Source of the DNA: Methylococcaceae bacterium UBA6146
Lineage (GTDB): Bacteria > Pseudomonadota > Gammaproteobacteria > Methylococcales > Methylomonadaceae
Direction of reading: 5' to 3'
DNA: 64,000 nt
NCBI GenBank assembly: GCA_002422395.1
Contig: DIUY01000030.1
Coordinates: 221,317 to 285,316 of the forward strand
Made by a program: the position numbers and the translations under genes. Shown piece after piece: positions 1 through 11,053 of the stretch. Under the pieces are notes generated by a model that made no database searches, was not told where the DNA came from, and saw only the letters and a list, made by a program, of their open reading frames with translations. Position 1 is the stretch's first letter. The number at the start of each line of letters is the position of its first letter.

Positions 1-1238
1 ACTTCCGCCATAAAATGGGCGTTTATTTCAAAGATTATTTCCATCAGGCGCGGCAAGAGTTGCTTGAACAAGTTGACTGACCAACGCTCTAGGGCTTCGG
101 GCAATAACGTATGGTTAGTGTAAGCCATCGTATTGCTGGTAATGTTCCAAGCTTTATCCCAGGGTAAACCGTACACGTCAATTAATAGGCGCATCAATTC
201 CGCAACAGCGATACTCGGATGCGTATCGTTTAATTGAAAGCAGTTTTTCTTGGCAAAGTCTGAAAAATCATGACCGTGCTGATTAACCCAGTGCGTGATG
301 ACATCCTGCAAACTAGCAGAAGCCAATAAATATTGTTGACGCAACCGAAGGGTTTTGCCATTTTCGTTGGCGTCGTTGGGATACAGAACCATGGTGATAT
401 TTTCAGCGGTATTTTTTGCCGCAACAGCTTCCGCATAGTCACCAGCATTAAAATCCTCTAAATCAAATTCTTCTGTTGCTTCTGCTTTCCATAGCCGCAA
501 AGTGTTGACCGTGCCGTTTTGGTAACCTGGTATTGGCGTATCGTAAGGAATAGCGAGTACGTCATGGGTGTCTATCCAACACGTCCTTTCATTGCCGTTT
601 TCATCAATATGCCTTTCGGTACGTCCGCTAAACTTGATTCTATAAGTATGTTCAGGACGTTCAATTTCCCAGATATTGCCGTTACGCAGCCAATGGTCTG
701 GTTTTTCTATTTGCTCGCCATTAACAATAGCTTGGCTGAACATGCCATATTCATAGCGTAACCCGTAACCGGTCACTGGCAATTGCAAAGTCGCACAGCT
801 ATCGATAAAACAAGCTGCCAACCGGCCTAAGCCGCCATTACCAAGCCCCGCATCGGGTTCACTTTCGATCAGTTCCTCCAGTTCCAGACCGATGTCATAC
901 ATCATTTTTTTTACGGTGTCATCAACACCTAAATTGAGCATGGCATTGCTGAGTGTCCGCCCCATCAAAAACTCCATGGACAGGTAATAGGCACGTTTGC
1001 AATCCTGCTTTATATAGGCACTGTAAGTCTTTTTCCAGCGTTCTATCAGCCTGTCACTAATCGTTAGCGATAACGCCTCGTAAGCATAATGGGGCGAACG
1101 GCAAAACTCGTCCCTGCCCAGCCGATGGCTGTAATTGCGCTTGAAATCGCTTATCAAGTCAGTGACTTCCATACCTAAAGCAGGCAATGAAGTAAGGTCA
1201 CATTTAGGTTTGCTTTTTTTAAATTGTATGTTGGGCAT
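1..1238 (-). CDS. glgP: Glycogen/starch/alpha-glucan phosphorylase, N-terminal part (runs off the window edge; absent from the ORF track)
   Basis: Manual translation from ATG at 1238: MPNIQFKK...RAYYLSMEFLMGRTLSNAMLNLG...PDAGLGNGGLGRLAACFIDS, the phosphorylase N-terminal motifs. Confidence 0.93.
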   Translation of the reverse strand, partial: MPNIQFKKSKPKCDLTSLPALGMEVTDLISDFKRNYSHRLGRDEFCRSPHYAYEALSLTISDRLIERWKKTYSAYIKQDCKRAYYLSMEFLMGRTLSNAMLNLGVDDTVKKMMYDIGLELEELIESEPDAGLGNGGLGRLAACFIDSCATLQLPVTGYGLRYEYGMFSQAIVNGEQIEKPDHWLRNGNIWEIERPEHTYRIKFSGRTERHIDENGNERTCWIDTHDVLAIPYDTPIPGYQNGTVNTLRLWKAEATEEFDLEDFNAGDYAEAVAAKNTAENITMVLYPNDANENGKTLRLRQQYLLASASLQDVITHWVNQHGHDFSDFAKKNCFQLNDTHPSIAVAELMRLLIDVYGLPWDKAWNITSNTMAYTNHTLLPEALERWSVNLFKQLLPRLMEIIFEINAHFMAE

Positions 1239-1306
1239 GTTTTTTCTTATTAATTAGATTTTTATTGGGTCGTTTATGGGCTTAAATCTGCACTGTTCTA
1301 CTTTGG

Positions 1307-1792
1307 CTAATTAGCATTTAACTGCCGATAAGCGCCGCGATAGTACAAAATAGGCTCGCCTGTGCGGCAAATGCAATTTTGCACTTCACCAATGATTATC
1401 TTGTGTGTGCCCGCTTTTACTTTTTCAATAACTTTGCATTCAAGTGACATCAAACTGTCACTTAACATGGGCGTGCTATGATTACCGAATTCCCAAGCAG
1501 TATTTTCAAAGCGTTGCACCTGACTACTGCCGCCTGCAAATTGATTGGAAACTTCCTGCTGGCCTGCCGCTAAAACATTAACCGCAAAATATCCGCTTTC
1601 ATCAATACCTGCCCCTGTATCAGCAGCCTCGTTAATGCACACCAATATTTGTGGCGGTTCCACCGAGACACTGGAGAATGCGGTGACCGTCATGCCTTGA
1701 GTACCGAATTTTTCAGAGTGCGTGGTTACGACAGTGACGCCGCTTGCCCATAGTTGCAATGCCTTTTTAAAATCATCAACGCTAACAGTCAT
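1307..1792 (-). CDS. Flavin reductase family protein (HpaC/RutF-like)
   Basis: FKKALQLWASGVTVVTT, GMTVTAFSSVSVEPP, GTHKIIIGEV, PILYYRGAY motifs. Confidence 0.88.
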   Translation of the reverse strand: MTVSVDDFKKALQLWASGVTVVTTHSEKFGTQGMTVTAFSSVSVEPPQILVCINEAADTGAGIDESGYFAVNVLAAGQQEVSNQFAGGSSQVQRFENTAWEFGNHSTPMLSDSLMSLECKVIEKVKAGTHKIIIGEVQNCICRTGEPILYYRGAYRQLNAN

Positions 1793-1962
1793 GTTGTTTT
1801 CCAGTTATTTGTTAAATTTAGGTGTCTTTTAATTGTACTGCCAAAACAGACATTGATTTAAAAGTATAACATGGACAATTTGCTTGGAACGTGTGTTTTA
1901 AGCCAGTATGCGGCTTGATTGTAAAGTGGCGCGGCACTCGAAATATCTGTATAGCGAACGCC

Positions 1963-1998
1963 AAATAAAAAAGGCTAGGACGTTTGCCACCCCAGCCT
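1963..1998 (-). terminator. Rho-independent terminator downstream of the 2134-2442 gene
   Basis: Minus strand AGGCTGGGG-TGGCAAACG-TCCTAGCCT followed by TTTTTTATTT. Confidence 0.6.
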
Positions 1999-2034
1999 AT
2001 TAAAAATTAATTTTACGTATACTTTAAAAAAACC

Positions 2035-2127
2035 GGTGGTGGTAAAAATGATAATGATATTTTGGAATCAAAAAAACATGTTTTTTGACTCCGCTGTCAC
2101 TTAAGTATTTGAATGTTTACCACTACC
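2035..2127. mobile_element. MITE family A, complete copy (93 bp)
   Basis: Ends GGTGGTGGTAAA ... TTTACCACTACC; flanked by AAAAAACC / AAAAAACT (8-bp near-duplication); homologous copies at 37981, 40915, 42475. Confidence 0.75.
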
Positions 2128-2133
2128 AAAAAA

Positions 2134-2442
2134 CTAAGGGGTTGTTTTTTTTGCGTCGTGTTGGGCTTTTTGCTTAGCCCTTTGGGCTTTTAATTTCTCC
2201 TGAAACTCTTCGCTTTTTTTCTTGGCCGCCTCTTGACAACTTTTTAGGCCTACCGGGTCTTTAGCTACCTGTATGCAAGACAAATTAGCTTGGACCATTT
2301 GCATCCTTTCTTGCAAATTTGCTATTTGTTGGTCTTTAGACGCTTGAAATGCCGCCTGATTGGGTGCTGCCACAGACACCGAGGATACAAGCACTCCTGT
2401 AGCAAAAATGATAGGAATAATAGAAAATTTGATAATGTACAT
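2134..2442 (-). CDS. Small secreted helical protein of unknown function
   Basis: N-terminal signal-peptide-like segment, two Cys, Lys/Gln/Ala-rich coiled coil. Confidence 0.6.
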   Translation of the reverse strand: MYIIKFSIIPIIFATGVLVSSVSVAAPNQAAFQASKDQQIANLQERMQMVQANLSCIQVAKDPVGLKSCQEAAKKKSEEFQEKLKAQRAKQKAQHDAKKTTP

Positions 2443-2627
2443 TATGCCACCTAATAAATTTTAAAGTGAGGGAGGATAAACAAGGAAAATGTAGGTAAAA
2501 ATAAACAGCAATAAATACCCTAGCTGACTTTTTTCTACTTGCCAAAATCTACTCCGTATTCTTTTTGATGTCAAAACTCATAAGCTGCGCCAATCAACAA
2601 GCCTATTAGGCTATCTATATGTGACGG

Positions 2628-3917
2628 TTATAAATTCCCTATCAACACATCAGCGAACTCACTGCACTTAACTTCGGTTGCCCCGTCCATTAAGCGGGCA
2701 AAATCATAAGTGACCCGCTTGCTGGCTATTGCCTTATCCATTGCGCTAATAATGGCATCAGCGGCTTCTGACCAACCCATATAACGCAACATCATTTCAC
2801 CGGACAGGATTAAGGAACCTGGATTGACTTTATCTAAGTTTGCGTATTTAGGGGCAGTGCCATGCGTCGCTTCAAAGACTGCCGTACCGGTTTGATAATT
2901 GATATTGCCACCCGGCGCAATGCCTATGCCGCCTACTTGTGCTGCCAACGCATCAGACAAATAATCGCCATTCAAGTTTAACGTGGCGATCACGTCAAAA
3001 TCTTCAGGACGGGTCAGCACTTGCTGAAGGGCAATGTCAGCAATCGCATCTTTAATTAAGATGCGTCCGCTCCCCAATGCATCGGCCTGTTCTTTATTTG
3101 CTGCGGCTTCTCCGGCCTCTGCGCGGGTTTTCTCCCATTGCAGCCAAGTATAGGTTTGCTCAGGATAGTCGCGTTCCGCCTGCTGATAAGCCCAGTTTCG
3201 AAAAGCGCCCTCAGTAAACTTCATGATATTGCCTTTATGCACTATCGTCACGCTTTTGCGCTGGTTAGCAATGGCATATTCAATCGCCGAGCGCATCAGA
3301 CGCTCCGTGCCTTCTTGCGACACTGGTTTGATGCCTATGCCAGACGTTTTTGGAAAACGGATTTTACTGAATTGTTCAGGAAAGTTTTCCTGCAACAATC
3401 GCATAAAACGTTTGTTGTCGTCGCTACCCTGCGCAAATTCCAAGCCCGCATAAATGTCTTCAGTATTTTCCCTAAAAATAACCATATCAACAGATTGTGG
3501 ATGCTTGACCGGTGACGGCACACCCTGAAACCATCTGACAGGACGTAAACACACATACATATCCAACAATTGCCGCAACGCCACATTTAACGAACGGATG
3601 CCGCCACCGACTGGGGTTGTTAAAGGCCCTTTAATTGAGACCAAATAATCCTTACATGCCTGAACAGTGGCGTCAGGCAACCAAGTGCCAAACAGGTTGT
3701 TGGCTTTTTCACCCGCATACACCTCCCGCCAGTGGATTTTCCGTTGCCCTGCATAGCTTTTGGCAACCGCCGCATCTAAAACCCGTACTGTGGCGCGCCA
3801 AATGTCGGGCCCCGTGCCATCACCTTCTATATAAGGGATAATCGGATGATTAGGCACGACAAGGTTGCCATTTTGCATGGTGATAGCACTGCCGTTGGTA
3901 AGTTCGGTATTGGACAT
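2628..3917 (-). CDS. icd: NADP-dependent isocitrate dehydrogenase
   Basis: [56 protein letters not shown] (NADP-type KY). Confidence 0.96.
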   Translation of the reverse strand: MSNTELTNGSAITMQNGNLVVPNHPIIPYIEGDGTGPDIWRATVRVLDAAVAKSYAGQRKIHWREVYAGEKANNLFGTWLPDATVQACKDYLVSIKGPLTTPVGGGIRSLNVALRQLLDMYVCLRPVRWFQGVPSPVKHPQSVDMVIFRENTEDIYAGLEFAQGSDDNKRFMRLLQENFPEQFSKIRFPKTSGIGIKPVSQEGTERLMRSAIEYAIANQRKSVTIVHKGNIMKFTEGAFRNWAYQQAERDYPEQTYTWLQWEKTRAEAGEAAANKEQADALGSGRILIKDAIADIALQQVLTRPEDFDVIATLNLNGDYLSDALAAQVGGIGIAPGGNINYQTGTAVFEATHGTAPKYANLDKVNPGSLILSGEMMLRYMGWSEAADAIISAMDKAIASKRVTYDFARLMDGATEVKCSEFADVLIGNL

Positions 3918-4015
3918 GGCGAAATCTCTAACAGAATGGATTAAGGCTTAAAACTATACGCCACTTTTGCCAAAAGTACACTGCGCACAAAACGCTGCCG
4001 GTGGCAGACTGATGA

Positions 4016-4041
4016 CTGCCAGTCCCTCAAAGGACTGGCAG
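4016..4041. repeat. Perfect 10-bp stem hairpin between pgl and icd
   Basis: CTGCCAGTCC-CTCAAA-GGACTGGCAG; no U-tract. Confidence 0.45.
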
Positions 4042-4064
4042 CCGTGCTGTCCGGCTTATTAACG

Positions 4065-4748
4065 CTATTCCTGATAAGCGCTACTATCGATATAAATATC
4101 AACCGGATTTTCTGGCACGATATGGGCAATAGGTAAATCCTCCCCTGCCCGCCATGCCTTCACAATATCCTGCTTATTTGTGCCAGTAATCAAAAAGATA
4201 AGCTGTTGCGTATTGCTTAAGGCCTTTGCGCTGATAGAAACGCGCTCTGGCGGCGGCTTAGGTGAGTTATAGACCGCATGCACTAATTCATCCTCATTAT
4301 GGATATGGCCAGGAAACAGGCTGGCAGTATGGCCGTCTTCCCCCATACCCAACAACACCATATCAAATGGCAGAGCCGCCGCAACGATGGGACGATAAAG
4401 CGCGGCGGACTGTTCGCCGCCTAGCTCGGCAGGAATTGGGAAAACTTGTGTTGCCGGAATGGCCACTTTGCTTAACCAAACCCGCTCCGGTATGGCGCTG
4501 TTCCTATCGGCATGGTCAACAGGCAAACAACGCTCGTCGCCATAATAGATCACCCAGTTAGCCCAGTCCGCCTCGGCTGCGGCCAATAAACGGTAGACTT
4601 TTTCAGGTGTGGTCCCGCCTGCCAATACGAACTTGAATTTGCCCTGATCGGCAATGGCTTGTCCGGCCGCTTTAAGAATTTGTTGGCAGGCCGCAACGGC
4701 GACCTGATCGGCAGTTTCTAATAGATGCCATCGGCTATTTTCTTGCAT
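4065..4748 (-). CDS. pgl: 6-phosphogluconolactonase
   Basis: LAGGTTP, YYGDERC, LLGMGEDGHTASLFPG; directly downstream of zwf. Confidence 0.94.
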   Translation of the reverse strand: MQENSRWHLLETADQVAVAACQQILKAAGQAIADQGKFKFVLAGGTTPEKVYRLLAAAEADWANWVIYYGDERCLPVDHADRNSAIPERVWLSKVAIPATQVFPIPAELGGEQSAALYRPIVAAALPFDMVLLGMGEDGHTASLFPGHIHNEDELVHAVYNSPKPPPERVSISAKALSNTQQLIFLITGTNKQDIVKAWRAGEDLPIAHIVPENPVDIYIDSSAYQE

Positions 4749-6230
4749 TTATTTACACTCCGGTGTTAACGAACTACGCCAGGATTGGCTGTCCTTATCA
4801 AATAATCGGCTATCTTCAGGCCCCCAAGAACCGGCGGGGTAAGTGGCGATGTAATCACGTTCTATCGCCCAGGTTTGCAGGATAGGGTCCACAATCCGCC
4901 AGGCATATTCCACTTCATCAAAGCGCAGGAATAACGAACGGTCACCTTTTAACACGTCCAGCAACAAGTCTTCATACGCATCAATCGCTTTTTCGTCTTG
5001 GTTGCGGAAACTGGCATCGAGGCTGCTGGTGCGGGTGGTCATTTCCAGGCCCGGTTCCTTAACCGTCATTTCAATGCGGATACATTCTTCCGGCTGTATG
5101 CCCAGCAGCACCCAGTTGGGATTCATGCAGTGCACTTCAGTGTCGCGGAAAAATTGTAACGGCGGGTGGCGGAAACAAATTGAAATGGTGGATTGCGCTT
5201 TGGCCATGCGCTTGCCGGTGCGCAAATAAAACGGCACACCGCGCCACCGCCAGTTGTCAATATACAGCTTCATGGATGCATAGGTTTCAGTCGTGCTGTT
5301 AGCGGGTATATTGGCTTCTTCCAAGTAGCCGTTGACTTTTTCATTATTTACATGGCCTTTGGTATATTGGCCTCGGAAAGCTTGGGCATGAACCGCTTCT
5401 TTAGGGATGGGGCGTATGGACTTTAATACTTTGACTTTTTCATCCCGCAACGTTTCGGCTTCCATCGAGACAGGCGGCTCCATAGTGACCAGCGTCAATA
5501 ATTGCAACAAATGGCTTTGCAGCATATCGCGTAACGCCCCGGCGCTATTGTAATAATCGCCTCGCGTGTCTATGCCGATACTTTCAGAATGGGTGATTTG
5601 GATATGGTCTATGTAGTTGCGGTTCCATAGCGGTTCCAACATGACATTGGCAAACCGGAACACCAAGACATTCTGCACCATGCCTTTGCCCAGATAGTGG
5701 TCGATGCGATAGATCTGCTCTTCAGTCAAATAGTGGCTGATGCGCTTTTGCAGCGCTTGCGCACTGTCCAAATCATAGCCAAACGGTTTTTCAATAATGA
5801 CCCGCCGCCAGCCGCTGTCTTCATCAAACAAGTGGTTGTCGCTCAACATGCTCATGACCGGCCCAAAGTCGGCGGGGCTGATTGACAAATAGAACGCTAT
5901 ATTCCTGGAAAACCTTTTATCGTCGAGCGTGCTTGTCAACGTGGTATAACATTGCGCCTCGCTTAGATCGCCCTGGTGATAATGCAGCCTATCGCTGAAG
6001 CGCTTAAAAATGGCCTCGTCAAAATCATCCTTGGCTTTTACCTGAACCATTTCCCTGACTTCAGCCAGCCATTTTTGCTGATCCCAAGGCCTGCGGCCTA
6101 TAGCGAGGATACGCGTGCCCTCAGGAAGCCGATTGGCAACGTCAAGATGATACAAGGCGGGCATTAACTTAATGCGGGAGAGGTTGCCGGTGGCACCAAA
6201 AATAACATAAGTACAGGGTTCGGCTTTCAT
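4749..6230 (-). CDS. zwf: Glucose-6-phosphate 1-dehydrogenase
   Basis: GATGNLS, IYRIDHYLGK, GALRDMLQSHLLQ, WRGVPFYLRTGK. Confidence 0.96.
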   Translation of the reverse strand: MKAEPCTYVIFGATGNLSRIKLMPALYHLDVANRLPEGTRILAIGRRPWDQQKWLAEVREMVQVKAKDDFDEAIFKRFSDRLHYHQGDLSEAQCYTTLTSTLDDKRFSRNIAFYLSISPADFGPVMSMLSDNHLFDEDSGWRRVIIEKPFGYDLDSAQALQKRISHYLTEEQIYRIDHYLGKGMVQNVLVFRFANVMLEPLWNRNYIDHIQITHSESIGIDTRGDYYNSAGALRDMLQSHLLQLLTLVTMEPPVSMEAETLRDEKVKVLKSIRPIPKEAVHAQAFRGQYTKGHVNNEKVNGYLEEANIPANSTTETYASMKLYIDNWRWRGVPFYLRTGKRMAKAQSTISICFRHPPLQFFRDTEVHCMNPNWVLLGIQPEECIRIEMTVKEPGLEMTTRTSSLDASFRNQDEKAIDAYEDLLLDVLKGDRSLFLRFDEVEYAWRIVDPILQTWAIERDYIATYPAGSWGPEDSRLFDKDSQSWRSSLTPECK

Positions 6231-6388
6231 AAGATCCTGATGGGATGGAAGTTAAATAGGCAGTAGGCAAGCGGAACTTATAGCAACTTGACCTTTTAAG
6301 TCGGTATTGGCCGCGATAACCGCGGCCAAGGAACCCTGCTACAGTGTTAGCAAAGTTAAATTTCGGGGCGTCACCCCACCTACCCTAG

Positions 6389-7834
6389 TTATACCGTATA
6401 CGTAGTCGATGCCGTCTTACCGCCGTGCCCTGTCCAATCGGTATGAAAGAATTCGCCTCTAGGCTTGTCCACGCGCTCATAAGTGTGCGCACCAAAATAA
6501 TCCCGTTGTGCTTGCAACAAATTGGCAGGCAACCGTTCGGTGCGGTAGCCATCGAAATACGCCAATGCAGAAGAAAAGGCCGGGGTTGGGATACCCAGCT
6601 CAATACCCAAAATAACAGCTTTACGCCAGCCTGCGTCGGCTTTGCCCATTGCCTCGACAAAGAAATCGGCAAGCAACAGATTTTCAAGTGCTGGGTTGGC
6701 GTCGTATGCTTGTTTGATGTCATTCAAAAACTGGCTGCGGATAATACAACCACCGCGCCACATCAAGGCAATTTCGCCATAATTCAGCGCCAGGTCATAT
6801 TCTTTTGAGGCTTCACGCATCAACCGGAAGCCTTGGGCATAAGAAATGATTTTAGCGGCATACAAGGCATCACGAATCGCGTCAATCATCGCTTGCTTGT
6901 CGCCGGAGAACTTGACCTGTGCTTTAGGCAAAATTTGTGCGGCCTTGACGCGCTCTGATTTTTGCGCCGACAAACAGCGGGCAAACACCGACTCACCAAT
7001 CAACGTTAACGGAATGCCTAACTCCAACGCGTTAATGCCTGTCCATTTGCCGGTGCCTTTTTGGCCTGCGGTGTCGAGGATTTTATCGACTAGGGGCTGC
7101 CCGTCTTCATCGTTGTAAGCCAAAATAGCCGCTGTTATTTCGATCAGATAAGAGCTTAATACCCCTTGATTCCATTCGGAAAAAATGCTGTGCATCTCGG
7201 CCGCCGTCAATCCTAAGCCCTCGGACAACATTTGGTAAGCCTCACAAATCAACTGCATATCACCATATTCAATGCCATTATGCACCATTTTGACATAATG
7301 CCCCGCGCCATTGTCCCCCACCCATTCACAGCAAGGCTGGCCGTCAACCTGTGCGCTGATGGCTTGGAAAATGGCTTTTACCGTAGGCCAAGCCGCTTTA
7401 TTGCCGCCAGGCATAATCGATGGCCCATGCCGTGCACCTTCTTCACCACCGGAAACGCCAGTGCCGATGTAGTAGATGTTTTGTTCCTGCAAATATTGGG
7501 TACGGCGATTGGTGTCGGTGAACAGCGAGTTGCCGCCGTCAACAATGATATCGCCTGCCGATAACAAAGGGATTAATTTGTCGATGTATTGGTCAACCAC
7601 CTCACCGGCTTTAACCATGAGCATGACGATACGCGGCGATGCCAAACCGTCCACTAACTCTTCTAGGGAATGGGCACCGATAACCTGCGTGTTTTTTGCG
7701 GGTCCTTCAAGGAATTCATCCACAGTGCTGGTGGTGCGGTTAAAAACCGCCACTCTAAAACCGTGGTCATCCATATTAAGGACAAGATTTTGCCCCATAA
7801 CCGCCAGACCGATCAAACCAATATTTGCTTTCAT
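6389..7834 (-). CDS. gnd: 6-phosphogluconate dehydrogenase (decarboxylating)
   Basis: IGLIGLAVMGQNL, GVSGGEEGA, VKMVHNGIEYGDMQ, QAQRDYFGAHTY. Confidence 0.97.
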   Translation of the reverse strand: MKANIGLIGLAVMGQNLVLNMDDHGFRVAVFNRTTSTVDEFLEGPAKNTQVIGAHSLEELVDGLASPRIVMLMVKAGEVVDQYIDKLIPLLSAGDIIVDGGNSLFTDTNRRTQYLQEQNIYYIGTGVSGGEEGARHGPSIMPGGNKAAWPTVKAIFQAISAQVDGQPCCEWVGDNGAGHYVKMVHNGIEYGDMQLICEAYQMLSEGLGLTAAEMHSIFSEWNQGVLSSYLIEITAAILAYNDEDGQPLVDKILDTAGQKGTGKWTGINALELGIPLTLIGESVFARCLSAQKSERVKAAQILPKAQVKFSGDKQAMIDAIRDALYAAKIISYAQGFRLMREASKEYDLALNYGEIALMWRGGCIIRSQFLNDIKQAYDANPALENLLLADFFVEAMGKADAGWRKAVILGIELGIPTPAFSSALAYFDGYRTERLPANLLQAQRDYFGAHTYERVDKPRGEFFHTDWTGHGGKTASTTYTV

Positions 7835-7921
7835 GTGTGCCTTCTATAAATATTATTGTCGCTAATAAATGCTAGGGAATTATAGCTTGTTAAGCCCCTT
7901 ATGAATATTCTAATACCGCGC

Positions 7922-10900
7922 TCAAACCCGTTGCTGCGCTATATCCCATATCGGTTGCAGTAGCTCCCGGCATTGCTGCGCAAAGGCATCGCCCAACACT
8001 ATGTCCAGATCAACGGCTGCGTACAGGCGTCTTAATTCGGGTTCATAAGGCTGTTCCGATGCCTTCAATAACTGCTCTTTTGCCGCATCCAACGCTGATT
8101 TTTTGGCCCTATTGCCATTTTTGAGCTTATAAGCTTGCCTGACATAGGCCAATGTGGCCTCAACAAAAAACACATCAGGCTGCTGTTGGCCCTGCCCATA
8201 AATATCAATAAACCGAACTAAATCATCGGGCCGACAATCATCGGACAAAAACAGCAAGTCTTCATCACTGCTTAGCAAATAAGTCGTCTGCTCCTTAAGC
8301 CGATTAATGATCAGATGATGCAGCCACGCGCCAATAAAATCTTTGCCTTTAAGGTCAGCATAACGGTAAAACAGGCTGCCGTTGGCATACAGATTGTTCA
8401 GCTTGCCGACCAGCCGATAATGGCCAATTTTTATATCAACAAACAAGTCGTCCACTGGCTCACCGAGACCTTTGGCGTGGATGCGCCCGACAAATTCATT
8501 GACCAGTTGTTGCTGCTGTTCAAATAACAGCTCCCCCGCCGCACCTGATAGCCAACGCCCCCGTGCTTGCAGCTTTTTTATTGATGGCGTCGAGCCATTC
8601 AATGCCCCCTCCAGCCATTCATGTTGGAGGGCATAATTCTCCAGCCGGTCTATGACGAAAGGCTCGCGTTCTTCAGTCGCCGCATTAATGCCGCTAAATC
8701 GGAGCGCCATTTGCCGCCGCATAAAATACCGTTGTGGATGCCGGAAGAATGCAAACAATTCGTGCAAGTCAATGACGTTACCCGCAGTATTGCCAATGTT
8801 GCCCCGCCACCATTGGTTGGCTTCCACCTTATCCGCCGAAAGGGCTTTGGCGGTTGCCAAATCAGTTGCCGAAAAACTGAACAAATCCGCTGAACCGGTA
8901 AAATAACGGGGGCTAAACGCCTGCAAAGGGTGCTTGACGACCAAATCTGTCAAGCCATAACTGGTCTGTAACACGTCCAATAATTCACTGATGACAACCG
9001 ATGGTGGGATCGTCGCGTTCTGGCTAATCGACTGGCCAATATAGGTGATTATCAATTGCTGACGGGCTGACAGCAGAATTTCCAGGAACTGGTAGCGGTC
9101 ATCGGCTCGGCGTGTGCGGTCACCCTTACGAAAATGCACGCTGAGCAGGTCGAATGTCGGATGGCGGTCTATTTTAGGGAATTCACCCTCATTAATGCCC
9201 AGCAACGCAATCACTTTAAAAGGGATGGACCGCATCGGCAGCATCGAACAAAAGGTAAGTTGCCCGCGTAAAAAGCCGTTGCTTGATTTACGCTCGGCGA
9301 CCATCCCTTGCAGCCAACTGACAATCACTTGCAGCTCAACTTCATCGTTATGCACATCCGTTAAGTCGGCCGATAACTCCACCAATAATTCATTAAGCTG
9401 TTGGCGTTCAATGGGGTCGGCGCTCGCTAGCAGTTGGTCGGCATAGTAATAAAGCCGGGTGCTCCAAGTTTGCAGCGGTTTAGGTTGTTTTAGTTCCGCA
9501 CCGGCTTTAAACAATAACTGCATAAACTCGCACAAGCCGCCCAACGCCAGTGCTGACGAGCCTTCCACGTCCCGATAAGGCAACACCCCATCAATAAAAT
9601 CGGCATCGCTACCCACGGCATAGCCCATCAACAACCTATCAAGTGCGGCTTGCCACGTATTTTCGCAGACTTCGGGCAGTCCTAACTCCCGTTTGTGTTG
9701 CGCCGACTTTCCCCAGCGCACATGGGTGTCTTGTACCCAGTGTTTAATCAACTCCAGATCAGTTTCCGACAAGCCGAAACCAGGATACACAACGGGTTGC
9801 TCCAGCAAATCCAGCACCGTCTGCCAGCCGAACCGGCTCTGGCTCAAGCTTAAAAAACGGATGAACGCATCTAGGGCGTGGTTGCTCAACCGCATGCTAC
9901 GGTCGGCGACCGCGTGTTGAATGTCATCAAACACCGCTGAGATAAACGGTTCATACACCTGGATGTCTGGCGCCATTACCACTATGTCGCGTAATTCCAG
10001 CGTTGTATCGGCTTCAAGCGCTTGCAACAATTGGTTTTTTAAAACCTCCACTTCGCGCAACCGAGAATGGCAGGCGTGTAGGCTGATGGAATTATCTTTT
10101 TGCAACGTCCGACCGTCCAAGCAATTGTTTAAAATGTCATTTTGCAACTGTTGCAGGTTATTGGCCGCCTCAACCGCTTCAAAGCTGTCCAGCTCCAGTT
10201 CAAACGGGGTGTCTTGGTTCAGCAATAGCTCCTGAAACTCCCGTCCCTGCTGGCCTAAGGCCGATAATAAGGGATGGCCGTCGAAAGTTTCTTGAGCGGC
10301 ACGCTGGCGCTTGGTTTCCAGATCGGCCCAAAAAACCTGCGCCGGATTAAGCAGAAAAAAATGCACCTGGCAATGTCTGGACAAGCCCTGTAAATAACAT
10401 AAAAACAGCGGCGGCATGGTGTTTAGGCCAAACACCGAAATGCGTTCCGGCAAATGCCCGCTAAAAGCGCCTTCCGGCGCGTCATTTAACGTGGCAATCA
10501 CTTCCAACCACAACGTTCCCCGGTGGCGCTGGCCTGCCTGCATGATGACTTGCTGCCAGAGCGCTTTTTGCCAGCGTTCTGTATCGGTATGATAAAGCAG
10601 TTGCCCTTTCTGCCAGAGCGCCAGCATATCGGGGCGCATAATTTGATATTGGTCAAAAATCTGCGATAACTGCTGTGCCAGTTGGTAACGTTTTAAGGCG
10701 CTGTTGGTGCCTGACAGATAATTACGCAATGGGACAAACTCATCGCCGTCCAACTTTCGCAACAAGGCTTCAAGACGCCAGAGCATCAGATGCCGGTCAA
10801 ATGCCTCATCACTCAGCGAAAGCCTTATCTTTTTGGCTAAGGAACTGAAAAACTTGCCCGGAAACAAAAACTCGCAGTTGCCCCACATTTGAAACTGCGT

Positions 10901-11053
10901 GGCCAACTGCTGGGACAACCAACGTTCCATGCCTTGGCTTTGGATCAGGAACACTTCCTTTGCAAAAACCGAGTCTAGCGGCGCATTCGCAATGACCGCA
11001 CTCAGATGGGCTAAAAGGTTTTCAGTTTTATTGGAGCTGTGCAGGATGAACAT
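7922..11053 (-). CDS. recC: Exodeoxyribonuclease V gamma subunit
   Basis: N-terminal LHSSNKTENL, LIQSQGMERWL, HACHSRLREVEVL, TFCSMLPMRSIPFKVIALLG, HPLQAFSPRYF. Confidence 0.93.
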   Translation of the reverse strand: MFILHSSNKTENLLAHLSAVIANAPLDSVFAKEVFLIQSQGMERWLSQQLATQFQMWGNCEFLFPGKFFSSLAKKIRLSLSDEAFDRHLMLWRLEALLRKLDGDEFVPLRNYLSGTNSALKRYQLAQQLSQIFDQYQIMRPDMLALWQKGQLLYHTDTERWQKALWQQVIMQAGQRHRGTLWLEVIATLNDAPEGAFSGHLPERISVFGLNTMPPLFLCYLQGLSRHCQVHFFLLNPAQVFWADLETKRQRAAQETFDGHPLLSALGQQGREFQELLLNQDTPFELELDSFEAVEAANNLQQLQNDILNNCLDGRTLQKDNSISLHACHSRLREVEVLKNQLLQALEADTTLELRDIVVMAPDIQVYEPFISAVFDDIQHAVADRSMRLSNHALDAFIRFLSLSQSRFGWQTVLDLLEQPVVYPGFGLSETDLELIKHWVQDTHVRWGKSAQHKRELGLPEVCENTWQAALDRLLMGYAVGSDADFIDGVLPYRDVEGSSALALGGLCEFMQLLFKAGAELKQPKPLQTWSTRLYYYADQLLASADPIERQQLNELLVELSADLTDVHNDEVELQVIVSWLQGMVAERKSSNGFLRGQLTFCSMLPMRSIPFKVIALLGINEGEFPKIDRHPTFDLLSVHFRKGDRTRRADDRYQFLEILLSARQQLIITYIGQSISQNATIPPSVVISELLDVLQTSYGLTDLVVKHPLQAFSPRYFTGSADLFSFSATDLATAKALSADKVEANQWWRGNIGNTAGNVIDLHELFAFFRHPQRYFMRRQMALRFSGINAATEEREPFVIDRLENYALQHEWLEGALNGSTPSIKKLQARGRWLSGAAGELLFEQQQQLVNEFVGRIHAKGLGEPVDDLFVDIKIGHYRLVGKLNNLYANGSLFYRYADLKGKDFIGAWLHHLIINRLKEQTTYLLSSDEDLLFLSDDCRPDDLVRFIDIYGQGQQQPDVFFVEATLAYVRQAYKLKNGNRAKKSALDAAKEQLLKASEQPYEPELRRLYAAVDLDIVLGDAFAQQCRELLQPIWDIAQQRV

